Of a stretch of DNA of 64,000 nucleotides, positions 43,173 to 54,222 are shown one piece after another. The DNA is from Gammaproteobacteria bacterium (GTDB lineage: Bacteria > Pseudomonadota > Gammaproteobacteria > JAJFKO01). Numbering within the stretch: position 1 is the first letter of the stretch; each line of letters starts with the position of its first letter. Location of the stretch: contig JAJFKO010000064.1 of assembly GCA_021773175.1 (NCBI GenBank), forward strand, positions 201,367-265,366. The letters are read 5' to 3'. The notes under the pieces were generated by a model. The model did not search any database, was not told where the DNA came from, and worked only from the letters and a program-made list of their open reading frames with translations. The translations under genes and the position numbers were made by a program.

Positions 43173-44083
43173 CCAATAGTTTATACCAGCGCGATGTCGT
43201 TGCAATTAATGATTTAACGAAAGATGAAATAACCAAGATTATTGAATTAGCAATAGAGTTAAAAGATAACGGTGTGCCTCATAGCTTACAAGGAAAGCTA
43301 GTCGCCAGTTGTTTCTTTGAACCTTCAACCAGGACACGCTTATCATTTGAAGCTGCTGCTCAGCGACTCGGGGCAAATATTATTGGTTTTTCTGATGTGG
43401 CAAGCACGTCTGGAAAGAAAGGTGAATCGTTATCCGATACAGTAAAAATGATGTCGGCTTATGCGGACTTAATGGTCATACGACATCCACAAGAAGGTTC
43501 TGCACGTCTTGCTGCCGATGTCGCAACAATTCCTGTCATTAATGCTGGTGATGGTGCTAATCAGCATCCGACACAAACACTATTAGATTTAATGACAATT
43601 CAAGAATGCCAAGAAAGCTTAACAGATTTACGCATAGCTTTTGTTGGTGATTTAAAATATGGCCGCACGGTACATTCACTTGCGCAAGCTATGACGCACT
43701 TTGGTGGACGCTTTTATTTTGTTTGTCCTGAGAGTCTGGCTATGCCGAATGAAATTTGTGACTTATTTAAAGCAAATAATATGTCGTTCTCATTTCATCA
43801 ATCATTAGACGAAGTCATTAGTAAAGTCGATATTCTATACATGACGCGTTTACAAAAAGAACGTTTTTTAGCAAATGAAGCCGCTGCATTTAGCGATAAA
43901 TTACGCTTAACACCAGATTTATTAACGAAAGCACAAAAGAACTTACGCGTGATGCATCCATTGCCTCGCGTTGATGAGATTGATGTTGCTGTTGATGATA
44001 CTCCGCATGCCTATTATTTTCAGCAAGCGGCAAACGGAGTGTTTGTTAGAGAAGCGTTGTTGCATTTAATCTTGAACGACTAG
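43169..44083 (+). CDS. pyrB: aspartate carbamoyltransferase catalytic subunit
   Basis: STRTR carbamoyl-phosphate-binding motif and an HPLP motif. The ATG at 43169 overlaps the carB stop (ATGA). The ORF track starts further upstream inside carB. Confidence 0.9.
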   Translation: MTNSLYQRDVVAINDLTKDEITKIIELAIELKDNGVPHSLQGKLVASCFFEPSTRTRLSFEAAAQRLGANIIGFSDVASTSGKKGESLSDTVKMMSAYADLMVIRHPQEGSARLAADVATIPVINAGDGANQHPTQTLLDLMTIQECQESLTDLRIAFVGDLKYGRTVHSLAQAMTHFGGRFYFVCPESLAMPNEICDLFKANNMSFSFHQSLDEVISKVDILYMTRLQKERFLANEAAAFSDKLRLTPDLLTKAQKNLRVMHPLPRVDEIDVAVDDTPHAYYFQQAANGVFVREALLHLILND

Positions 44084-44100
44084 AAATAAAGAGTGAAATT

Positions 44101-44562
44101 ATGTCAGAAAAACTATCAGTCAATGCGATTCATAATGGTACGGTGATTGATCATATTGTTGCAGGGCAAGCAACGAAGATTATTCGTTTGTTAGCTTTAA
44201 TTAATAATCGTAATCAGATGACTATTGGCTTGAACTTAACAAGTGGTAGTCAACAATTGAAAGATCTTATTAAACTAGAACAATGTCAGCTATCAGAAAA
44301 AGATTTGCAACAAATTGCGGTATTTGCACCTGGCGCAACCGTTAATACTATTCAAGATTATAAAGTTACCAATAAATTAAAATTGACGTTACCAGAACAA
44401 GTCGCGGATATTTTCATTTGTCCAAACAAAAATTGTATTTCTCATAGCGAGAAAACCACAAAACTTTTTTATATTAAAGAACAGAATAGAAATGTTGGTT
44501 TGCAATGTAAATATTGTCAGCAGATATTTCTACGTGATGAAATGTTATTAACAATTCGCTAA
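44101..44562 (+). CDS. pyrI: aspartate carbamoyltransferase regulatory subunit
   Basis: 153 aa with a C-terminal Zn-binding CPNKNC...CKYC. Confidence 0.85.
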   Translation: MSEKLSVNAIHNGTVIDHIVAGQATKIIRLLALINNRNQMTIGLNLTSGSQQLKDLIKLEQCQLSEKDLQQIAVFAPGATVNTIQDYKVTNKLKLTLPEQVADIFICPNKNCISHSEKTTKLFYIKEQNRNVGLQCKYCQQIFLRDEMLLTIR

Positions 44563-44578
44563 AATATATTTGAAAGTC

Positions 44579-46582
44579 ATGCAATTGAATCCCGATCAAC
44601 AAGCTGCTATTCGTTATTTAAACGGTCCATTATTAGTATTGGCTGGTGCAGGCAGTGGTAAAACACGCGTTATTACCCAAAAGATTGCCTACCTTATTCA
44701 AGATTGTGCTTATGATGCCAACAGTATTTTAGCGGTGACCTTTACTAATAAAGCTGCACGAGAAATGAAACAACGTGTTAGCAAAGTTGTTAATGAAACT
44801 CAACTTCAAGGGCTGCGAATTTCAACTTTCCATAACTTAGGTTTATACATACTGCGTTGCGAACATAAAGCTGCGGGCTATAAAAGTAATATCACTATTT
44901 TCGATGACGAAGATGCAACGGGTTTGTTACGTGAACTACTCTTAAAGAAATTTGCCAAAGATCCAAAAATTATCGCGCAGATTAAAGGTCATATCAGTCG
45001 TTGGAAGAATGAATTAATCGCACCAGATCAAGCTGAGAAACTAGCTCAAGCGCCTTGGGAAATGGTGGCTGCGAATGTTTATGTTGATTATGCGCGTTAT
45101 CTGCATGCTTATAATGCCGTTGATTTTGATGATTTAATCTATATTCCAACCAAATTATTATTAGACCATGAAGAGATCTTAACAAAATGGCAGATGCGCA
45201 TTCGTTATATGTTAGTTGATGAATATCAAGATACCAATCATAGCCAATATCAATTAGTAAAGTTAATCGCTGGCATTCGCGGTGGGTTAACAGTCGTTGG
45301 AGATGATGACCAGTCAATTTATACTTGGCGTGGTGCACGACCTGAAAATCTTATGCAATTAAGTGATGATTTTCCAAATTTAAATCTTATTAAACTAGAA
45401 CAAAATTATCGTTCAACAACACGTATTTTGCGCTGCGCTAATCACTTGATTAGTCATAATGAACATATTTTTGAGAAGAAACTTTGGAGTCAACTAGGCG
45501 AAGGTGAGTTGTTGCAAATCATTTCGTGCAAAGATGAGGAATCAGAAGCTTATCGCGTCATTGCTGAAATCACCAAGCATAAATTTAAACATAATACCCA
45601 GTTTAAGGACTATGCTATTTTATATCGCGGCAATTTCCAAGCACGCTTTTTTGAGAAAGCGTTACGTGAACAAAATATTCCGTATAAATTAAGTGGCGGT
45701 ACCGCCTTCTTTTCGCGTAGTGAAATTAAAGACTTATTGGCCTATTTTCGTTTACTGGTGAATCCACAAGATGATGCTGCATTTTTGCGAATCATCAATG
45801 TGCCGCGGCGAGGAATTGGGCCGACAACCATTGAAAAGTTAGGAAATTACGCCAAGCAGCGCAACGTTAGTTTATTATTAGCTGCACAAGAAGTAGGTGT
45901 TCAACAAATACTAAGTGGCAAACCATTGCAAACCATTAAAAGCTTCATCGAATGGTTACAAACGATGGTGTATAAAATACGTCATGATGATGCAGAGATA
46001 AGTTTAAAACAATTATTGCAAGATATCGGTTATCAAGATTGGTTAGAGTCAACATGCTCTAGCGATGAAGTCGCTAAAAATAAGATGGGAAATGTTAAAG
46101 AACTATTATTGTGGGTGGCAAAATTATTAAAGCAACATAATGGTGATTTTGCAGATGTTGTTGCGAAACTTACTTTGCTGGACATGTTAGAGAATAGTGA
46201 AGAAGACACCGAACAAAATAAAGTGCAACTATCAACATTGCATGCCTCTAAAGGTTTGGAATATCCCTATGTGTTTTTGGTTGGTATGGAAGAAGGTTTG
46301 TTGCCACATACAATCAGTATTGATGAAAAGAACATCGCCGAAGAACGGCGCTTAGCTTATGTTGGTATTACACGAGCACAACGTGGTTTAACGATTACCT
46401 TTGCGCGGCAACGCAAGAAGCATGGTGGTGTTATTGATACGAAACCAAGCCGCTTCTTAAAAGAATTACCTACCGATGACCTACAGTGGTTCACGCCCAA
46501 CTCAGCAGCAAGTGAAGAGAATCGCCAGGAAACGGGCAAAGCCCACTTGGCAAACATCCGTGAACTACTGGCTAAAAAATAA
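44579..46582 (+). CDS. rep: ATP-dependent DNA helicase Rep (UvrD/Rep SF1 family)
   Basis: MQLNPDQQAAIRYLNGPLLVLAGAGSGKTRVIT aligns with the E. coli Rep N-terminus recalled from memory. The roughly 668-aa size fits Rep rather than UvrD. The ORF track begins at an upstream TTG. Confidence 0.85.
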   Translation: MQLNPDQQAAIRYLNGPLLVLAGAGSGKTRVITQKIAYLIQDCAYDANSILAVTFTNKAAREMKQRVSKVVNETQLQGLRISTFHNLGLYILRCEHKAAGYKSNITIFDDEDATGLLRELLLKKFAKDPKIIAQIKGHISRWKNELIAPDQAEKLAQAPWEMVAANVYVDYARYLHAYNAVDFDDLIYIPTKLLLDHEEILTKWQMRIRYMLVDEYQDTNHSQYQLVKLIAGIRGGLTVVGDDDQSIYTWRGARPENLMQLSDDFPNLNLIKLEQNYRSTTRILRCANHLISHNEHIFEKKLWSQLGEGELLQIISCKDEESEAYRVIAEITKHKFKHNTQFKDYAILYRGNFQARFFEKALREQNIPYKLSGGTAFFSRSEIKDLLAYFRLLVNPQDDAAFLRIINVPRRGIGPTTIEKLGNYAKQRNVSLLLAAQEVGVQQILSGKPLQTIKSFIEWLQTMVYKIRHDDAEISLKQLLQDIGYQDWLESTCSSDEVAKNKMGNVKELLLWVAKLLKQHNGDFADVVAKLTLLDMLENSEEDTEQNKVQLSTLHASKGLEYPYVFLVGMEEGLLPHTISIDEKNIAEERRLAYVGITRAQRGLTITFARQRKKHGGVIDTKPSRFLKELPTDDLQWFTPNSAASEENRQETGKAHLANIRELLAKK

Positions 46583-46599
46583 ATTTCTTTAATACAAAA

Positions 46600-47136
46600 C
46601 TATTGAAGAGAAGAAGAGCTCATTGAAAGCTCAACTGATTCTGATGTCACAAATCTATATAGATAGCAAAACAATCGGCCGATAAATAATCCAGTACAAA
46701 CACCAGAAATTCCCAGCATGCTGAACTCGAATAAAGTTTGTTGTGCAATCTGTGGATCAACAGAGAGTTCATAACCAAAATAATATTTACTTGTGAATAT
46801 AATAATAATTAAAACCAATGTGCTCCAGGTGCCAGGCATTTCAACAAGGAAACTCTTTTTATCAACGCGAAGTTTATGTCTAATAATTTGTAAATAGCCA
46901 AATGCAACACCTATTAAGATTGCTATAACCCAAGTTAAAATACTGAAGGTATCAACTTTGAACGAAGATAATAACGTTTGAACTGATAGAAAAGTAAAAA
47001 GAGCAGGAATAATAAATAAACGTTTTAATTCAATTACACGAGTTCTCGAGGCTTTGAATCCCATAATGATAAGATAAACTAATAAGACATAAACCCACCA
47101 TGGGGTATGAATTGCTGCTTGCCAAATTGTTTCCAT
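46600..47136 (-). CDS. hypothetical membrane protein (178 aa, about 5 TM)
   Basis: Hydrophobic ORF convergent with rep. Confidence 0.5.
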   Translation of the reverse strand: METIWQAAIHTPWWVYVLLVYLIIMGFKASRTRVIELKRLFIIPALFTFLSVQTLLSSFKVDTFSILTWVIAILIGVAFGYLQIIRHKLRVDKKSFLVEMPGTWSTLVLIIIIFTSKYYFGYELSVDPQIAQQTLFEFSMLGISGVCTGLFIGRLFCYLYRFVTSESVELSMSSSSLQ

Positions 47137-47195
47137 AATAACCTTACTAAAATAGTACTTTAAATAAAATAAGTTGGTATTAATTTAACAGATAT

Positions 47196-47927
47196 TTAAA
47201 CCGTAAATATTTCTTCAAGGAAGTCAACCGTCATTAACCAAGAACGATTATCGGCATCAGCGTCATAAAGGGTTCCGAAATCTGGGTCATTGGCGAGAGG
47301 GTTAGTGAAGGCATGCATAGCATTACCGAAAACATGTAGCTGCCAATCGACATTGGCTGTTGTCATTTCATCAGCAAGCATTGTTAATTGTTCAGCAGGA
47401 ACCATTGGATCTTTATGGCCGTGAAAAGCGATGATTTTACCTTGAATTTGTTTGCTAGCAAGATTATCCGAGCCATGAAAAAAACCATGAAAGCTTAAGG
47501 TTCCTTTTAAATTAACACCTGTACGAGCTAAATCTAAAGCACATAAACCCCCAAAACAAAACCCCATGATGGCGACATTATCTTTATCGACAACGTCAAT
47601 TGGCATGATTGTTTCATAGGCGGTGAGAAGGCGTTGACGTAGCAAGCCACGATCTTCCATCATCGGTGTCATGTGAGCTGATTTCTCTTCATTATTTTGA
47701 CCAAGAACACCTTTACCATACATATCAATCGCAATACCAACATAACCTAGTTCGGCAAGTGACTTAGCTTTATCGCATGCAAATTCATTACGTCCGGTCC
47801 AATCATGAGCGACTAATACAGCAGGCCGTTTACCTGGTAATGTATCATCATAAGCAATAAATGCTTCAAATGTTTTGCCATCGACAACATAATCTTGGGT
47901 TTGAGTTTGCATGCGAATTTTCTCCAA
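47196..47927 (-). CDS. dienelactone hydrolase family protein
   Basis: Alpha/beta hydrolase with DLH-type N-terminus (FEAFIAYDDTLPGKRPAVLVAHDWTGRNEF) and nucleophile elbow GFCFGG. Alternative start ATG at 47912. Confidence 0.8.
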   Translation of the reverse strand: MEKIRMQTQTQDYVVDGKTFEAFIAYDDTLPGKRPAVLVAHDWTGRNEFACDKAKSLAELGYVGIAIDMYGKGVLGQNNEEKSAHMTPMMEDRGLLRQRLLTAYETIMPIDVVDKDNVAIMGFCFGGLCALDLARTGVNLKGTLSFHGFFHGSDNLASKQIQGKIIAFHGHKDPMVPAEQLTMLADEMTTANVDWQLHVFGNAMHAFTNPLANDPDFGTLYDADADNRSWLMTVDFLEEIFTV

Positions 47928-47941
47928 TTAGTTTGTGACTA

Positions 47942-48418
47942 TTATGTACTTTTCTTTTTCCAACGACTGCGGATCCAAGCATCAATACCAATACAGCCAG
48001 AACCAAAAATAATGAGCCAAATTAAAATGAATTCATATATGACTTCTGGTAAGTAGAGAAAATAATCAAGCCAATCAAGTGGCGCTAAGTTAGCAGGAAT
48101 CTTATGCACACCATCCGTCACAATTGCGACGATGAGTAAAATAAATAGCACTATTGCTGTAATAGATGTTAGTAAACCTAAAACTAACAAAATACCGCCA
48201 ATAAATTCAACTGCGGGAATGAAGATAGCACCAAAATGTGGAAAAGGGACACCTGCTTTTACCAGTGTATCCAAAATCTGTTGCTGACTTGCTGGGGTAA
48301 ATAACTTGTTATATCCCGAAATCGCAAAGAATAATCCAATACAAATACGCGCAAAAAACAGTGGAAACCATTCAAATTTAGCACGTATAGCCAATAAACA
48401 ATTTATTAAAGTTCTCAT
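47942..48418 (-). CDS. DoxX-family membrane protein
   Basis: 4-TM protein with DoxX-like RICIGLFFAISGYNKLF. Confidence 0.7.
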   Translation of the reverse strand: MRTLINCLLAIRAKFEWFPLFFARICIGLFFAISGYNKLFTPASQQQILDTLVKAGVPFPHFGAIFIPAVEFIGGILLVLGLLTSITAIVLFILLIVAIVTDGVHKIPANLAPLDWLDYFLYLPEVIYEFILIWLIIFGSGCIGIDAWIRSRWKKKST

Positions 48419-48472
48419 GAGTCTCTTCCTTGAAGTTGATAATAAATTTAAATAACGTGAACGCGACTAAGG

Positions 48473-49480
48473 TTAGCGACCTATCAAGCCACAGTCAATA
48501 CCCATTGGTTGTAATTTAGAGCGCTGCAACGAACCAATAACCTTTGTGATACCAATACCAATCGCAATAATGACAATGGCTATCCATTCGCTTAAGTCAG
48601 GAACTTCATGCAGTAATAGATATGCGAATAAAATGGTGAAAAATGGTGTGATTAAAGCAAAGTTTGCCGGCCATATCGGATTAGAATCTTTAGCGCCTCT
48701 AAACCACATTAATTGTCCTATAACAATCGTAATTCCTGCATAGATCAACATGGCAATCCATAAATCACCATAGAATGCTTCAGCAAAATGTTCAGGTCCG
48801 AATAAGGATGTAGCGATAATAAAGAATACAATGGCGGAAACAAAATTACGCACAAAGATAAATGTTGGTAGTGAAATTGAATCAAGTAACATAAAGCTGA
48901 AAACTTCTGAAAGCCCATAAAAAACACAGGCACTCAATACTAAAATATCTGCAGTGCTTACTTGCATACCACTACTAAATAAAATAATGCCAACGCCAAT
49001 TGCAATGATCAAATAGCCAATAATTTCAGGCAACTTTAATGTGTTTTTTAAGAAAACCCAGGCCATGAGCGCATAGACGATGCCTTCAAAACGTGAAATT
49101 AATACAATACGAGTAACGGTGGTTTTTTCTAATGCGAAAAAAATGAGTGAAGGGTAGATGATAGCTAGAATACAGCTTATCGCAATTAACCAAAATGTTC
49201 TGCGATTAATATGACGTAATTCTTGATACATTTTCTTTTTCGGAAATGAAACTAAGGTAATAAGGCCCGCACATAGGTTTCCAATAAATAATACATTGCA
49301 AAATGAGATGGCTTCGGTATGTTTTAAGCCTAGTGCTTTACCTTCAATGATTAAGACTTTTAAAATTGGAGTGGAAAAAGCAAACAGAATGGTCGAAACC
49401 AGTAGTAAAATAAAAGCCATTTTTGTTTTAGATATATTTTTTAGCATATGAATTTTTCTTCTTGTTATATGATTGCACAT
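48473..49480 (-). CDS. DMT-superfamily (EamA-like) transporter
   Basis: 10 TM with a duplicated EamA domain pattern. The exact start is ambiguous among three in-frame Met. Confidence 0.75.
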   Translation of the reverse strand: MCNHITRRKIHMLKNISKTKMAFILLLVSTILFAFSTPILKVLIIEGKALGLKHTEAISFCNVLFIGNLCAGLITLVSFPKKKMYQELRHINRRTFWLIAISCILAIIYPSLIFFALEKTTVTRIVLISRFEGIVYALMAWVFLKNTLKLPEIIGYLIIAIGVGIILFSSGMQVSTADILVLSACVFYGLSEVFSFMLLDSISLPTFIFVRNFVSAIVFFIIATSLFGPEHFAEAFYGDLWIAMLIYAGITIVIGQLMWFRGAKDSNPIWPANFALITPFFTILFAYLLLHEVPDLSEWIAIVIIAIGIGITKVIGSLQRSKLQPMGIDCGLIGR

Positions 49481-49543
49481 TGTTAATGATTTTTACATGT
49501 AAATCAAGAGTCGCTTTCATTAGAGAAACAGATTATCAGCATC

Positions 49544-50476
49544 CTAATTAAATTTATTTTTTTGTGACGATGCAGATGTTGGTGTTGTTGTTGATGAAGT
49601 TAAACCTTCTGGACTGCTTGGCGGAGAAGAGCTATCAGGAATAGAATTGAGGCGAGTATTTAAAAAACTTAATGGGGGTAGAATAATAGGAGCTTGAGGT
49701 AGGTTTGTAGCACTATTAATATTTGCAATGAATTTTGAAAAGAGCAAATGTAAATTAGCATACATTTCGAGAGCTTGATAAATATGAACGGCGAATAACA
49801 TAATTGTCTTTGTAAAGTCTGTCATCGCTGTTATCTCAACAGAATCTCTTGCTGCTTCAAGTTCATATTGTAGCTGCATATTGTAGCGTAGAATACTGGT
49901 ATGGTTACCTGCACTATCAAGAACACGGGAAGAAAAATCTCGAAGCTTCAATAGTATCTTATCTATTGCTTTTTGTTTATGTACTAAGTCGTTATAAGTT
50001 GCAAGCATCGTTTTAAAGTGAGATCGTAACTCAGTTAATGATGCGAGAGTTCTTTCTGTTTCAGTAGATATTGGCAAGTGTTGCTGAGATGACATGACTA
50101 CAGGTTCTTCTGCCAAGCTAATGAGTTTTTTTAAATGCGCTAATATTATTTTTACATTTTGTTTAAATTCTGCTGCCGCACTCATGCGATCTATTTCGCT
50201 CATATCGGATTCCATAAGTCTTTGTCTATCTTGAATAGTGATAGTTTCAGCTGCTTCTGAGTTTGTGGAGCTAGCATGATATGAAGATGTTACTGGTCTT
50301 GAACTGGGCGGAGTTTGTAAAGAAGATAAACTTGTTGAATAACTTGAATATGCTGTGACTGTAGTTGAATATTCGCTCGATGCTGACGATGATTTTTGGC
50401 CTCTAGTAATCGTAGGTCTGAAAGCATGAGCAACACGGCTTACACCAGGAATCCTTCTACTTACTTTTGAAAACAT
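49544..50476 (-). CDS. hypothetical Ser/Thr/Pro-rich protein (310 aa), effector-like
   Basis: S/T-rich N-terminal third, helical middle, S/P/T-rich C-terminal tail (SSPPSSPEGLTSSTTTPTSASSQKNKFN). Confidence 0.5.
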   Translation of the reverse strand: MFSKVSRRIPGVSRVAHAFRPTITRGQKSSSASSEYSTTVTAYSSYSTSLSSLQTPPSSRPVTSSYHASSTNSEAAETITIQDRQRLMESDMSEIDRMSAAAEFKQNVKIILAHLKKLISLAEEPVVMSSQQHLPISTETERTLASLTELRSHFKTMLATYNDLVHKQKAIDKILLKLRDFSSRVLDSAGNHTSILRYNMQLQYELEAARDSVEITAMTDFTKTIMLFAVHIYQALEMYANLHLLFSKFIANINSATNLPQAPIILPPLSFLNTRLNSIPDSSSPPSSPEGLTSSTTTPTSASSQKNKFN

Positions 50477-50603
50477 AGCTAAACCTATAGTTAACGATCG
50501 TTCGTGACAATATAGGCTGAGTAAATTTTTCCTGCAATGAAAAGTTACTGTAAAGCTAACATTTCAACCTTACGGATGGTTTGTGCCTGAGAAAAATGGC
50601 GCA

Positions 50604-51506
50604 TTAGTTTGTTGTGAATAGTTGAGACGGTTTATCACGTAAATGATCTAACCACCATTGTAAGCCTTTTCCAATTTTTTGATTATTCCATGCGACTGAA
50701 ACGTTACCGCCAGCTTTACTTTTTTCAACTTTCTTAACAATTAATTTACCTTTTTTAACTGCATCATGAATCCAGATTTTTGGTAAAAAACCTACTGCTA
50801 ATCCAGCACATTGCATTATAAACTTTGAATGAATACTATTAACGGCAATACGATCCTGACCGAGTAATCGACCTGTTGTCATAGGTGTTAATTCTTTTGC
50901 TGTATCATTTGCAACTACAGAACAATATTTAATAATCTCAGAATTTTTTATGGGTTCAGGCAAGCTTGCTAACGGATGATGTGGAGCAACGGCAAAGTCA
51001 AAATCTAGTTGTCCTAAGGTGAAAGTGCTAATTTCAGGAGCTTGTGCAAAATCTCCTGCGGCACCAATGATCAAGTCAGCACGTTTAGTGAATAAAGCTT
51101 CCCACGTTCCTTTTAAACGTTCTGCGGTAATGTGCAATTGAATATGCGGACACTCTAGATGAAATAATTCTATTAATGGAAATAAATTTTTTAAAGGAAT
51201 GATATCATCATAGACAATATGTAATTCTGTTTCCCAACCCGAGGCAATTTGCTGAATGTTATCTTCTAAAATTTGTGCTTGTTTAAGTAAATCACTGCCT
51301 TGTTCCAGAATATATTTTCCAATTGGCGTTAATTGCGCTTTATGGCCACTGCGATCAAAGATAGTAATATTGAGTTTTGTTTCAATATTTTTTACAGTAT
51401 AAGTTAATGCCGAACGTACCAGATTTAATTCTTCTGCGGCTTTGGCAAAGCTACCATTGCGGGCTATTGACTCGAGAACGCTAATACTATTTAAATCTAT
51501 TTTCAT
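50604..51506 (-). CDS. LysR-family transcriptional regulator
   Basis: N-terminal wHTH (ISVLESIARNGSFAKAAEELNLVRSALTYTVKNIE). Divergent from the FMN reductase gene. Confidence 0.85.
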   Translation of the reverse strand: MKIDLNSISVLESIARNGSFAKAAEELNLVRSALTYTVKNIETKLNITIFDRSGHKAQLTPIGKYILEQGSDLLKQAQILEDNIQQIASGWETELHIVYDDIIPLKNLFPLIELFHLECPHIQLHITAERLKGTWEALFTKRADLIIGAAGDFAQAPEISTFTLGQLDFDFAVAPHHPLASLPEPIKNSEIIKYCSVVANDTAKELTPMTTGRLLGQDRIAVNSIHSKFIMQCAGLAVGFLPKIWIHDAVKKGKLIVKKVEKSKAGGNVSVAWNNQKIGKGLQWWLDHLRDKPSQLFTTN

Positions 51507-51620
51507 TGTTCAAAATACTTGTACAGGTTGTTGAAGAATTATCGCTATGATAAATAAGCTGTAAATTATATACTTGTTTTAAACTTAAACAACATTTCAT
51601 ACAGAATATTGGAGTAGATT

Positions 51621-52199
51621 ATGTCGTCTCAATTGAATATTACGGTTTTTTCGGGAAGTACACGTAGTGCATCTATCAATAAAGTATTAGCTAAACGAGC
51701 GGCTGCCATTGTTGAAGAGCAAGGAGCTGTGGCTAACTATATTGATTTACGCGATTACAGTATGCCTCTATATGATGGTGATTTAGAAATTGATGCGGGT
51801 TATCCAAAAGCGGCTGCTGCTCTAAAAGCAATACTCCAAGCAAGCGATGGTTATATTATTGCATCACCAGAATATAATGGCTCACTTTCTGCAGTGTTGA
51901 AGAACACGATAGATTGGTTGACCCGTAATGAAGATGCAGGTACTGATATCTCTGCGTTTAAAAATAAGACTGCATTATTGCTAAGCGCTGCGCCAGGTAA
52001 TCTAGGTGGATTACGTGGTCTTTCGCATCTTCGCACTATATTAACCAACCTTGGCTCTATCGTTGTGCCTGAGCAGTTAGCTATACCAAAGTCATTCCAA
52101 GCCTTTGGTGAGGATGGAAGCTTGCTAGAGCCTGCACAAGCAAGCATGTTACAAAATTTTTCTAAAAATTTCATAGAGTTAACTTCACGTATACAATAA
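51621..52199 (+). CDS. NAD(P)H-dependent FMN reductase family protein
   Basis: Flavodoxin-like fold with GSTRSASINK and SPEYNGS motifs typical of SsuE/ArsH/YieF-type reductases. Confidence 0.8.
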   Translation: MSSQLNITVFSGSTRSASINKVLAKRAAAIVEEQGAVANYIDLRDYSMPLYDGDLEIDAGYPKAAAALKAILQASDGYIIASPEYNGSLSAVLKNTIDWLTRNEDAGTDISAFKNKTALLLSAAPGNLGGLRGLSHLRTILTNLGSIVVPEQLAIPKSFQAFGEDGSLLEPAQASMLQNFSKNFIELTSRIQ

Positions 52200-52279
52200 C
52201 TTAATATATTTTATTGAACTATGAGTGATTAAAATGCAAGCAAAAGGGTTGACGCCTGATGTTTGGCGTGTAGAATTGG

Positions 52280-54036
52280 TTGGATTTTAACCTTTCTCGT
52301 GAGATTGATATGTTTTTTGCTGAATTAAAGGAACTCAACCCAGAGTTAGTTTTCCAACATGTGCCAGAAAATCCCACTGGTGAATCTCTCGATCTACAAA
52401 CTATACTTTTGTATCAACAAGCGCAATATCGTGATCTTCACCGAGCATATCTATACTTAGAGCGAAAGGTTTTACCAGAATTAAGAAGAAGTTTAGATGT
52501 CTTAACTCCAGAATTTTTACTTAGCGTTTTTCTTCAATTTCACTCATTTGCAACAAGAACATTAGCAGAAGATATTCGTGCTCATACTCCAAATGTTAGC
52601 ACTTTTAGTGAAGGCGCAATCTTGGCAATGCCTCTTGACGGCGAAATCATTAATAGAACTATACCGAGCTTAAATGTTTCTGAAGATGTAATAGATCTCG
52701 TTAGAGCCGTCTTTATAACTGGATGGCAAGATGAAGCTAAGATCAAAGGCTTTATACGGGCGAAAGTAAGTGCGTCTCCAGAGAAATTTCTTGAAAAAGG
52801 TAATGTGACTGTTGATGATATTTTTGCTTTAGTAATGTTACTCATTCGTTGTTCAACTAATGACAGTATTACAATTTCAAAAGCTGAAGAAGATTATATC
52901 AATTCATTCACAGCATTAGACTTCTTAGCTAACTTAAGTTCTCTCGGGCTTAGAGAGCCTAAACAACTCAAGCTTGCTGAAGCGCGATTATTTGCCTGCT
53001 ATAGAGAAAATGCATTAAATGCTAATGAAAAAGCTTTAGTCGATCGATTTATGCGGATTTGGTGTGATCCTGAAAACAAACACTCCGCAATGCTAGAACT
53101 GTTTGCGAATATTATTCCGCGCTGGAAAGCATGTGATAGAGGCAATAAGCAAAAAGTGGCAGAGTTAATTGCTGATTTATATTCTGGTATAATCGACATT
53201 CATCCTACATTCAATGGTAACGGCCGAACAGCTGTAGGTTTGCTACAATTACCTGCTGTATTGTTAGGTTACCAGAGTTTTTTATTTCGTACAGCTGCAG
53301 ATTATAATGACCCAAATAGTAGTTACAATCGGTTAAGAGCAGCTATACCGGAGGACACTTCAGTTCTTATAGAACATTTGATGGCGCGTTTAACAACAAC
53401 TCCTAGAGTGGTAAGTGAATATGGCAAGTTATGCCAAGAATTAGTTGTTCTGCGCCAAACTATATTTGATTTAGCTATGAAGTTAGAGCGTTGTTTTCCT
53501 TTAAGAGATGAAAATACTTATTTTAAAATGTTTTTACAATTATTTATTGCACAATTAGAAGCTGAGGGAACAAGTCTTGATACGGTTTTAATCGCGCCAA
53601 ATCTTGAGATAATGCAGATTGCGTGTCGAGTAGCACAACAAGTTTTAAGAGTGGCACAAGAACGGTTTGAACAACGCAGAGCAACACAATGCCAGACGTT
53701 CATTACTAAAAAGTATAATGCTTTTGAAATTGCAGGCATTAAAGAGCAGCTAGAGCGTATTACAGGTTTAACAGAGTGGCAAGATTATTGCAAAAATAGT
53801 CCGACTCAAGCACTTTTCCTGATTGTGAGATGTGATGATATAGAAAAGCGTAGATTAATTGTTAAAGAATTACAGGCTATTGGTTTAATGGATGTTTCTG
53901 TAAAAGTAAATAATAGAGAACAACCACCAGTAAAATATATAAAAGTCATCAATATTGCCACAGATAGTTTAGCAGCTATTCCGGAGATATTTCCAAAGCA
54001 AGCAGCTGAGAAAAGCCGTAAAAAGTGCTTGGGAAG

Positions 54037-54064
<28 letters not shown>
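52280..54064 (+). CDS. Fido/Fic-like domain protein (594 aa) with a degenerate motif HPTFNGNGR; effector-like
   Basis: Motif at aa 308-316 (nt 53201-53227) versus canonical HPFx[DE]GNGR. The ORF-track start is TTG; the ATG at 52310 is an alternative. The 3' end overlaps a tRNA gene by 28 nt. Confidence 0.55.
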
Positions 54065-54113
<49 letters not shown>

Positions 54114-54222
54114 GCTGCGAGAGGTTAGAAGCGCGTATCTTACACATTTATTAATATATCGACAAGCCTGGCATACCAATAAAAAAACTCAATCACGCGC
54201 ATTCCATATAGTAACTAAAACG

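Noticed and set aside
54200-54219. Perfect 8-bp hairpin GTAACTAA-AACG-TTAGTTAC just downstream of the rpoD stop as the operon terminator
   Set aside because: The nearest T-run on the transcribed strand is about 27 nt away, so it does not form a canonical intrinsic terminator. Possibly a stabilising 3' hairpin.
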